Source: Tubulanus polymorphus
Taxonomy: Eukaryota > Animalia > Nemertea
Assembly (NCBI RefSeq): GCF_964204645.1
Contig: NC_134027.1
Span: forward strand, 20,546,560 to 20,610,559
Direction of reading: 5' to 3'
Length of the DNA stretch: 64,000 nucleotides
Part shown: one piece after another, positions 15,001-27,000 of the stretch
How positions within the stretch are numbered: the stretch's first letter is position 1
Layout: each line of letters begins with the position of its first letter
Notes under the pieces: generated by a model
What the model saw: the letters and a program-made list of their open reading frames with translations, nothing else
Told to the model about the DNA's origin: nothing
The model's database searches: none
Position numbers and translations under genes: made by a program

Positions 15001-18000
15001 GTTCATACACCAAATACTCAATAATTTGAAATAGCAAGATGCTGATTTCTGTATAGTATTTCAAGGACTTGGGTGTCTAGTTGATCATAAGCTATTGGGC
15101 TCAACTCCCACTATAACCGCTTTACTTAATCTGTGCCATATTTCGAACATATTTTTCAAATTCCTGCCTAAAGAATTGGTTTTTTGTTAGGATTTAGTAT
15201 TACTTCTTGTAATTATACATAATCCGCTACAGAATATGGAGAAACAAGGATCCCATACTCCATAAGTGCACTGTTCCGGCTGAATAGGTAGAAATCTTTT
15301 TTTTCCATTTTAGATCCCAGCTCCGTTTTTGGCGATGTTGTTAATTCAATTTATACTGATTATTATCGATCGAGCTTTATATCTACGCAAATTCGTTCTC
15401 GGCAAATTCGTATTCCAAGTTTTACTTGTTATTGTTGTACATTGTTGGATATTCTTCGTGCTTCCGGTCATAACAGCCAGGTATGTAAAGTTCTCAGAAA
15501 ATTGATGCTTTAAATCAAAACCGTAGCCAAATTTGGTCGTGTTAGATTTGGCCAGGGTGAACCATTTATACCGGTGCAAAATTTGTCGGTGCCTGGTTAA
15601 TATGGGCCTAACTTGGGCCGTTCAAATGTGTCAGATCAGACACGTGCCAAATTTGAGCATGGATCGAATTATTCCATGTGAATGCTTACTGGTTCTGGAA
15701 GTGCCTTGCCTCGCCACTGCATCATTTTGATACCATTTTAGTGAGTGATTTACGTGAAGATGAACTGAACTATATTTCTTGCTCAATATCTTTCACCTTG
15801 TACATTTGGGCCGCTAATACATGTTTATCTCTTATTTTCTTTTGATCTGTAAACTGCAAACTATAAACATTCTCACAAACTCGGTGTGAGGCGAACCCAA
15901 CAGAGTTGAACACTGAAAGGTCTCCAAGCCCTCCGTCCCACAATTGATGGTTTCAACACTAAAAGGTTGACCAGGTACTTTTACAGACTGCCTTATTCTG
16001 TATTCTATGAATCGATTTAATTGCAGAGAATTTGGTGCGAATATTGGTGCCAAACTATGGTATTTTACAAAGTGCATATATTTTGCACTGTCAGCCTATC
16101 AGATCCGTTGCGGATATCCGACTAGAATTCTCGGGAATATACTAACTCAAAGTTACTCTTTGCTCAACAAATTATTATTTAAGGGGTAAGTGTTTGTCTT
16201 ACTATATCATGTCATCATGTCATCCTAGTGTTACGTACAGTTGTCGGTGTTTTTAGTTATCCTGAACTCATTGCACTGATTCAATTTTGATAGGGACTGT
16301 TGATCCAGTTCCACAGGTGGGTGGATTTAATTTTGACTATGAAACCTGTTCCACCATCTGTGGTGTTGATGGATGCAGTTCCATAGTTGTAGGTTGTTGA
16401 CTTGATTTTACTCTGGGCTCCGTTCCACAGTTATGTGTTTCATTTCGCTCTGAAACCATTTTCGCAGTTGTGGGGATTGATTTGGCTCAGGTCCCAGTTC
16501 TACAGTTATTGGCCAGAAATGAAAGTGGGCCAGTTCCACAGTTTTTCCTCCGTTACAATAACTACCTTGCGTTATTTACGGGGTACTTTGTGTGTCAATG
16601 TGCACTACAGCATTTCAAAATTGATATTACAATCATGAATTTTGGCACTCATTTTGTGATCAAATATATTTCATGAATCTTATCAATGAATCTACTTATG
16701 AATTCATCAAGGCGTCAATTAATTTTCAAGTTAGTTTTCGTGTTGAATTCAAATCTTAGTTGAAAACAACTGTTGATTCTATCTCAGTATTACAAACTAG
16801 AGGGTAAAGTTTATCTCCCTGTTCCACAGTAAGATGTATCATTGAAATTGTCGATTTCTTTCAGATTTTTGGCAATTCCATTTATATTGGAGATTAGAAT
16901 GTTAATGGATTGGATGTGGACCGACACGTGTCTTGATCTGTTGTCTTGGATGCAAATGGAAGACATTTTCAACAGTTTGTTTGTTGTCAAATGCGAACGT
17001 GTTCTGGAAGATGTGAGTTAAATTTCCAATTATACGCTATCTTTTTAAGGCTTAAAGTTGTGAGCATCATGAAATGGCTGCATTCCTCCACAGGGATTTG
17101 AACCTGATGGCATTGTGAGACTCAGCAACATTCCTCCCTCACAGGATTTGAACTTTATGGCAACACCAAGCGACAAATGCCTCAGCAACTCCCACCATAG
17201 TAGGCAAGGGGTACCACTATTTATGAAACTTGGGAGGGCAAGTCATCCCCGGATTCTTTGGTAATCGAATATCTCATGAATGTAATATAAATTTTTCATT
17301 TTGTAGAAATTTCCAACTCCGTCGGGCTACCGACGTACATCATTGATTAAATGGCTGGTCGGTGGATTACAATTGATCTTAATCCTGTTTATAATCTGGT
17401 TTCCGTTGCTGTTGTTCTCGTTTTCGAACACGATTTCATCACCTTTTCCACCAACTGATTGTACTGTACAAATATCTATAGGAGGTTATCAGGTATGTAT
17501 ATGTACGTGCATGCGTGTGGTATACTTGTTAAGCGGGTATCAATCTGCTGTTTGTACCCACCTTCTCAGAAATTCACCAGTTAATCCAGGCGCTGGCTCT
17601 ATTTATTCAATTTAAAGAGAGGAATACCCTTTCCTGCCAAAACTTAAATGAAGGCTTAAATTTGGGTATTAAATATTGCCACCAGGGGCCAATCTAGCAG
17701 GCTGCACCATAGCAGAAGTTCGAATCCTTATATCCACCATAATGCCAATCAAATGAAGGCATAAACAGGTGTTCCTCTCTTCAATTGAATAAATGGAGCT
17801 AGCTCCCGGTCTAATTTAAAGGGTTCAATCTGAGAGATCCGATTTTCCATGCACAGTGATAAAATGTATATGCATTTGAGGTCAGGTAAAAAATGTTATT
17901 AATTTTGAAATGAAAATGCCTGCAAATCAGACAGAAAACCTTTCTAAGTCTTGGCAATCAGTAAGCATGGTGATATTCCGTATTCCGAGCATAGTGTGTT

Positions 18001-21000
18001 AATAGGTAGTTCATTGTCTGAGGGGTACGCTACAGACAGAAGTCCGATTTGTCCCCAAAGATATGCATGTTAAAATTGCACATGCGTATCATGTGAAAAA
18101 ACCTTTTGAATACTTACATTGCAGTCTATTCGCTCGAATGTAATAAATAATTGATTATTTTTGCATCATGATTTCAGCCAATATTTAAGATGAGTGCTCA
18201 GCAACAATTGATCAGTGTTGTAGATAAGAATTGTAAAGAAGAAATATTCAAGAAATACACAAATAAAGGTGCTAACAAGGTATGATTCAGATATTTTCAT
18301 TCCATAAAACTTGCCCATAACTCTTCTTAAGGATAAAAGAATAACTCCTTCAATAAAACTTAGATATTTGCAAAACTATGAAAATATGATTATTCAAGTC
18401 ATTGTTGATTCTAATTTTTGTAAGCAAGACAATGCCATCAGTTTCAAATCTCAGTGAGTAAGGAATGTGGCAGTCTCACAATGCCATCGGGTTTGAATCC
18501 CTGTGGGGGATGAATGTGGCAGAGCCTCACTATGTCATCAGGTTAAGATTACTGTGAGGGAGGAATGTGGCTGGGTCTCACAATGCTATCAGATTCAAAT
18601 CCCTGAGAGGGATGAATGTGGCACGAGTTTGTTCAAATTCCTCTGAAGGAGGAATGGGATATCACCTGAAAACAAGTTTCAAATTCCTGTGAGAGAGGCC
18701 GGTATATTGTATATTTGACACATGAAAGAAACTTATTTACTATCATGCCAATTCATTATCTAAGGGCTTTTGTAATTTGTTTCATTGCGTCAGTCTAATC
18801 GCTTTTTAAGAATTGTCCGAATTCAATTGTATATTTTGCAGGCGGGAGTTGGATTTTTGTCGAACTACGAGACAGTGGACATGCGTTGGATTCATATTCC
18901 TGGTAATTCGACCGCCACATGGGGCATCAGTCCTCCGAGTCAACGCGCGATGGTGCTCGATTTGCGAAACAAGAAAAACAACATTGATTTATTTTTCACG
19001 GCTAAATTTTCCAGGTAAACAATTTGAAACTACGCATGGTTTATATGTAGTCTTGTCTGAATACCTTGAACGACCCATCTAGCCATGCAAGGGGGATTCA
19101 AACGAAATGGTATCTGAAAATTTCTCTGAAATATTATTGTGACACTATATTGGAATATATAACATCTAACTCGGATACCACTCAAGTTTGATAAATTTTC
19201 GTAGTCTTGAGTGGAGTCTCCTGTATCATTTTTTCAACGTTTATATCTTACGCCTACTGTAGAGCAAAAATACAATGCAAAAACCTGGTTTGCTAGTGTC
19301 GGTTGTTGATGAGTCCATGAGTCTCATCAGGTTCAAAATCGGTGAGCAAGAAATGTGGCATTCTCATAATGCTATCATGTTCAAATCACTGCTAAAATGA
19401 CTTGGCAGCTTGTAGAACGTTTTGACTGATATTTAACCATTGGCAAAAATTTCGGGAATTGAATAATCTAAGCAAGATAAGTAAATAAGGGGCTCAGTAA
19501 GGGGCTCCTACTTCAGCCGCTAAGTTGACTCAGGAAATTGAAAGTGAGACAATGAATAGATTTTGATTGCATCCAGAGTGAAATTAAACACATGACTATA
19601 GCTGTGATCATATGGAGGTGATTTGGCCTGGCTCAGACCAGGCCTGAGTTAAAATTGGCCCGTATGAGAGAGCGCGTTTACATGTAAGACGCTCTTCCAT
19701 CCTAAAATTTCAACCATATTCCAGCAAATGTGTTAAATCACATCCAGGACCAGTTAACATTCACACAGGATTATTTTACCCATGCTAAAATTCGTCAAGC
19801 AGGCACCATTGTGTGAACAGTTGGCCGGAGCCTAATCTGACATCTAAATTTTGCCTGGGTAAAAAACACTCGTGTGATCATGGATAATGATCAATGTTTA
19901 CCCATGTAGTACCGTAGCACATTAGCACGCAATGCTTCATTTAAAGAAGTGGTTCGTGGCTTTCTGTGGCTCGTGGTTAGTGTGTAACCGGAAACTCCAT
20001 TTTCATCTATTAGACAATAATTTCAGGTCAACGAATTTTGGAAAATCGTAAGTTATTTTCTTGCAAACACAGCGTTCATTCACTTCATCTCAGGGTCTCG
20101 AAAATATTTGTTCAGTTTTTTATTTTTGTTTTGTTTTCAATCTGATCCTTCAAAGAATACCTAAGCAAAATGTATAGATTCTTTGTAAAATTTTTCTTAT
20201 ATGAAACTTTACATCTATTGTATCATTAATTTAGACTTTAACATGAAGTACATACGTACTTTACTGGGCAGACGGACATTTTAATTTAACCCTCGTGCAA
20301 TTTGCAGCTCTTAGATATTGCCAATCGATTTTCAGTTTTCTTCTTTTCAGAATGCACATTGCATGCAATTAATCAAGAAAATGCATAACCATTTTCTTAG
20401 CTCACCTCAAACCACACACTAATTCAACTAAAAATGCTTGTTTAGAAAGCAGAGCCAGTTTCGCAGTTTTGGGCCCCCAGTTTCATGTACGAAAAAGTTA
20501 TAAGCCTAAGACGGTAAATAGATTATAACGCTCAGAACAATCAAATCCAATAAGGCGTCCGGTTGAAAAATCATGGGGTCAAAAATCATCTTGAGGGCTA
20601 AAAGTCTACTTTTTAGTGATATTATCATAAGATAAATCTCTGCTCTCGATTTATAGAGACATTCTGAATCTGAATCAGTGATTTGTAATTCATTAGCGTC
20701 AATCACGAGAGGTGCGGATATGCGTATTTAAAAGCGCAAGGTTGCTAACCTCATTACCTTTGCAAGGGTTACTAACCTCAGGCTCAGTGAAGTTGCTTAT
20801 TCAAAAGGTCATTGGCGCATTAATTTTCAAATTTCTGTTTCACAGTTCGATACAATCCTGTCCACCTACCTAAACATTTCTCATCATAATTTTACCAAAT
20901 CATTTTGGTAACGCACACGCTGTGTTTCACTGTATATAATTCAGTAAAGTGGTTTACAGTTTACTCATTTGATTCACATTGTAAGCGTCTGCTGCAGAGA

Positions 21001-24000
21001 ATGTCTGCTACACACATGCACACATCGAAGCACGTTTATTCAGTTAGTAGTTCACTCCTGTGCTTGTGTTTTTTAATTGGGCTCATATGTGTATGAAAAC
21101 AGCAATACGAAACAACCTCAATATTTACTGATGGTTCTTCCCAGTGTATATAGCTATCCAATGATGGCACCATTTTAGAAGCGATAAGTATTACATAGGA
21201 ATGATAAAGTTGATTAAAGTAGCGAACTATGTTAACAACATTGTAACTGCACTGTTGAGCAAAACAAATGACGTTATGAACCACTGCGGTTTACAGCAGA
21301 CCACATGTTGTGCACTAAAAGCAACGCTGATCGAATCTTTTTATGCTTTCTTTTTTATTCTTTATTAAAGCAGAAATCAAGCATTTTATTTATTTTAGTC
21401 CATTTGATTCTAAAATGAATTCTATAATGTACCAATGACCTTTTTAAAGATAAATTCCCTCGCAAACGCAGCATATAAAGCTAGAATTGACTACGCTAAT
21501 ATCATCATCGCATATATCGTAGAAAGGTTTACATTGTATATAATTTATTTGGTCCAACTAAGTCTCTTTAAGTAAATCAATTTCGCATCCTGGTATACAT
21601 CGTATCTTCTAGGCTTATATCGTATTAATGGTTATATCGTAGCGGATATTTGGTCCAGATGAACAGAATACATTTGCTTAGCGATGGTTATAACATAGCG
21701 CCTCAGATGTGCGCTTCTTTCAGTACTGTTGCTGACACTCGCACAACTGTTTTGACCTGTTCCATTTTGGCAAGCATTGCAAAATTTTTGCTATGAATTT
21801 TTCTTGGCTCTCTGATACATTTCAATTCCTTAGAGCCAGGCATACATGGTAGCCCTTGATGGGCCCATTAACTCGTAATTTTGACATATTTCTGGTTATC
21901 TTTCTTAATGACTGGCTGCCATATATGGAATGGAATAGCGCTGTCAGTTGACAAGAAGAAATTCGAGAAAAAACTATTCCGGTTGACCATTCAAGTGCAT
22001 AGAGACATAGATTATGCCAGGTGATTGGGTAATAGGCAGGATTTATCGCTCAAAACAAACAAACGTTACATTTTAATCATATATTTCAATCATTGAAATT
22101 TATTTGTTTTCTTCAATACCCGTACGTGAGGGCTGACTCAGATTGCAAACGAGAAGTTACCATTTGAAGGAAGGGCTTATTTCTTGCTGAAAACGTATAA
22201 CATATTTTCTAACATTTTAGGTTATATCGTAAAATTATGATATACGCTTATAGTGTATTATCCTTATAATGCATGGAGTTAGATTCGGTATTTAGTTTTA
22301 AGACGGCAAACGGAAGATGAGACCTTTACAAGGGTTATTAGATACAACACGGAAACTATATTTATTAAGAAATTCCTGACCGAGAATAAAGGAATTAACA
22401 GATACAGTATTTAGTGTTTTATGAACTTATGAACGGTATTTAGTGTTGTATGAACTTAGAAAACCTCCAATATTCATTTCCTTATGTTCATAACTGGTAA
22501 ATTTTAGACCCTACCTAACTGGTTAATATTCTTGAATGCTTCCTTTGGACTCACAAGGAACCCCTAGAGTCTCTTGGGCAAGGTTGCCATTGCAGATGTC
22601 TGCAAAATGCTTTTAACACTTTCTCTCCATTCAAAGCGGTTAAGTGTTTAGTGTCTCTCAAGTGATTACGCTTATGTAAATTTGGATAAGGTTAGGTGCA
22701 CTTTAGTTTATGTACATCTCAAGGATTTTCCGCTGCTTTCACAGAATATGCTATTATTATTCCTTGTGATTCCTCCTATTAGGGTTTTCTGCTACTTTGC
22801 AGAAAACCCAAACAATATTCTAATTATTATGAGCATTTTCTATTTGGCAGAAAACCCTCGTTATTCCCTTGAATATTATTATTATTCTGACACTTCTCTT
22901 TTCTGGACACTTCATACTGATAGTACATAGTATTTCAATTAACGCTGTTACTAATAAAATTAACAGATTATCCTAAGCATCACTTAGATCTACAAATTCT
23001 CTGAATTTACGATTTCTTTAATTTACAAATTTTGATGAATCAACGTTATAAAAGCACTGGTTACACTGAACCATCCACCATTTTGATGAATCGTGACATG
23101 TTCTTGTGACATGCTGTTGTGAACAGACACCTGCTTGATTTGGTTCCACAAAAAATTATAGGTCGGGGGCTATGATTCGGACGAAAATCGCTTGTGTCAA
23201 GGGGTATCATCGAAGCACTGATTGAATTCAACTAAAACAGGATGGGTAGACCCTAGTGCACTCAGCCCTTCAGCAGGCTTAAGAACACACAGTCTTGACA
23301 GTGACACAGCCTCTGGTCCACGCACAGACTCCAAGGCACACAACCTTTTATCCTGCACGCAGCAGGCAATAGGGAACACAGTCCTGAGAGGCATGTAGCT
23401 TCCGGCCCACACACAGTGGACTACAGGACAGACAACCTTCAATCCTGTGCACAACTGGCAACAGGACACAGGCCTGAGAGGCACACAGCCTTGTCTACAA
23501 ATAGTATAGATACCAGGGCTCACTGACCACATATAGCAGGCACCAGTAGGCTCCTACACATATTCCCAAGAGGCACAAAGCCCTAAGTCACAGTAGACAA
23601 ACGCAGCAATCGAAGCCAAATCGCAACAAAACCACAATGTAGAAGCACATTTGACTGCTAGGATGACCAAACCCAAACTGATTTCTTCCATCGATCGGAG
23701 CGAGAGTGGCGCTTGATTTGAGTAGTACATGTATCATGTGGTGTCCTTCAATTTAGTAGCCGCCTAGTCCTTGCCCAAGTACCAATTCGATGACAAGTTA
23801 TTTTACTAATAAAGAACTCCTGAACTTCTGTTTCAATCAAATAAATGTAGAAATTTGATGAAAAGTTGATGCTCGAGAATAGAGACAAAACAACCCGCAT
23901 CGTCTTCATAGCTTTGGGAGAACCTGGGATTCTGGATTGAATTGAGTTGAGACCGTCAGGTAACAAAGTTATTAGAAAAACCATGGATACAGTAAATAAC

Positions 24001-27000
24001 ATCATCATTGTCTTAGCTGATTTGACATCACCATGTCCGAAGTCTCTTCATTTGTACAATATCATAATGATGATCAGATTTGCAGTGGCGTGAAATTGGT
24101 AATGCGATTTTATAAATCTCTACCGAAATGGTTTTCCGTAATTTGATTATAGCTCCGACAAAGTGGCATCCAAATTTGGCCGAATGCTGCAAACACACAG
24201 GCCGAGTCCCGTGATTGCACACGGAATAAACAAAACAATGATTATTACGCGGGTGAATTCCAGTCGTGCAGACGGTTGGCGCCGTAAATGGAAAAATTAC
24301 TAACACCAATCGTTCAAACGAAATAACCACCAGCCAACAACTCATCGATGATATTGTCAACATAACGTTTGAGAAGACTATACATTCAACCAGAATGTGG
24401 AATCTAATTCCTCCTTTGTAGCCGTACGCGCACAGATAATAGTCTACCTCGGGCATTGCATGATGACTGATTCCCGTTACTAGATCAGTGCATGCGAGTG
24501 CAATCAAGTAATTGGCGTACAAAAATCTTTGGAACTTTTTACTCGTCATGACGAGAAAACTAGCAATGTTTCCGAATAGCCCAGCGCTGAAAATTATCTG
24601 CAAAACTATTTTAGAGAGTAACTGCAAAGTTGGTGGCAATCTTGACAGTCCCTTTAGCGTGACGAATGTGTAAAACAGCCGCGTGACTATTTCAGTTGTT
24701 GAATTCATTTCTCGAAACGTCCAATCGGCAAATAAATTTGAGAAGATCTATGTGAAATTGTTTTTTCCTCGCAAAAGCTAAACGATCCTAATCATTATCT
24801 GCCTGTGGGGATTTTGTTTGAATATTGGTTTCATGGGTGTTGTTTAATCAATACGAAATACCATTAGATACAATGATTATCTGTAATTCGTCAGTGGCGA
24901 AGAATTCATTCTGGAGACAATATAGTTTCTTGTCAATTACCATGATGTGGAAATCTATAGATATTTACTTCAGCCACTTCAAAACTACAGTACGTGTATA
25001 CATATAAAATGACATAAGTATTAGTAGGCCTACTTACTATCATTTAAACTACTCTCGACAATCAACTTATGGGGAAAATTTATGTGTGTAATTTTTTAAA
25101 GGATCCAGCCCTTCATAATTGGCTTTCACAACCGACCAGGGGCAAGTGAGATTAAGCTATGAAACAAGACAGGGTGCTGCACTTAATTCTACTAGCAACA
25201 CTCATATTGTCTTTTGTAAGACCAAAAGTTTGTCGACAGAGTAAAGTAAAACTACCCATTAAGTGCCGGGAAATCAACCCATTTCCCAGAACGTAATGAG
25301 CATCTTGTCCATTCATTTTGAAGTGCAGTTGCATTATTTACGTGTCAAATTATAATCATATCTTCTATTTACAGGGATAGTGCTCAGTCCGCTGACGCTG
25401 CAGTAGTCGCCACCTATACCCTGAAAAAGACGCTTAAAAGCACAGGCAGTGACATGGAATTACGCGGTCGACTGGCAAATATAACGAATTACATATTACC
25501 TGATTTAGTGTAAGACATCGAAAACTCAATTCGGATATTAGTCGAAAATTCTACATAACCATACCCGACTACACCAGGGGCACTACGTATCCATGGCATG
25601 TATGTAATACATTGTAATGTGACGGGATGGCCACTGACCTGGAAAACTCAGGGAATCAGAAAAATCCAGAGAGAAATCAAGAGAAAATTATACCGAAAAC
25701 CTGGAAAGCTCAGGGAATTCCGATAATGCTACTGACTACATGTTTCTTTATCGATACTTGATTCAATGCAAAATGAATGAATTGTAACATTTTGGACTTA
25801 TGAATTTCTCTGATTCACTCAGGGAATATTGTGTTATCTCATGGAAATATCAGGGAAAACTCAGTGCATCTGTAAATGGGCAGAAAGTGTCTATGCAATT
25901 TCATGATTGCAAAGCGATTCATTTCGAAAGCTATCGTAACATGGTCTCTACTTTTGCATAGCGGGACAAGTGCATCACCTACTAAGCGCTAAATTGAACT
26001 TACCCATATACATAGTAGTATTGTCCAGGGATGGATCCAGCATTTTTCACAGTGGGGTGCTCTGCTGATCATCCCCAAGAAATCTTGGATCTGCACCTGC
26101 TGTCTGTAACATTGTGTAGTGGTACAAAGGATCATCTGCTTCTCAATTTACCATGTACTTGGTACCACCCTAAATATCAATTTCCCTTAGAATCTGAAAA
26201 GCACCAGTATGGGTTTCAGTGGTCCCCGGTTATCAAGACAATGATACCCATATTTGCATTGTGTGCATAGTGCGACACATTTCGACGTATATCTGGTTTG
26301 CCAACAATATTTATTAATTTTCAATATGGTTTTTTGAATTTTCGCTTTTAATCTGAAATTTCCGACCTTATTATTGTCTGAAAATCAATTTTACTGAATG
26401 TTCGTTAATTACTTTTTCCAGTGCGATTCGACAGTTTTTCCCTCGGTTTATGCGACTTCGAACTAATGGCCAAGTTCTACCAGTAAATTCCCTTTCGCAA
26501 TCCTCAGGTAAGTTGTTTGATCCTAAACATACCATAGGCCCTTTCAGCTTGGCAGTCCACTTCAACTTGGCTTGAGAAGAAGTTGGGTAGCCTAGCTCAA
26601 GTCAGTTTTGGTAGTACAAACCTGATATAGGACTTATTAGGACTAGCACAGATGGACAGTTGAACTAAACCATCGATTTTTATGCTCTTCGAACTAGAGA
26701 ATTATCTACAATGTGTAATTTACATGAATGCATGAAACTGACTCACAAACCGAAATCACCTCATTGGTCTTAATTTCTCTAATTAAATGCTGTCTACTGT
26801 TGAAAAATACTTGATGTATTTTTCTACAGAATGAAACGTTGAAAATTGTCTTTTGTTTTGTTTGACAGGGGGTGGTGACACCGATGGATATTCGAGTATC
26901 TGGGTGCAACTGTTGAAGGGTAATTATTCTAGTCTCGATCGTGAGGATGAATGGTGGCGAATTCGCGAGGAGAATACGAAAGCCGTCTGCGGACAGAAAA

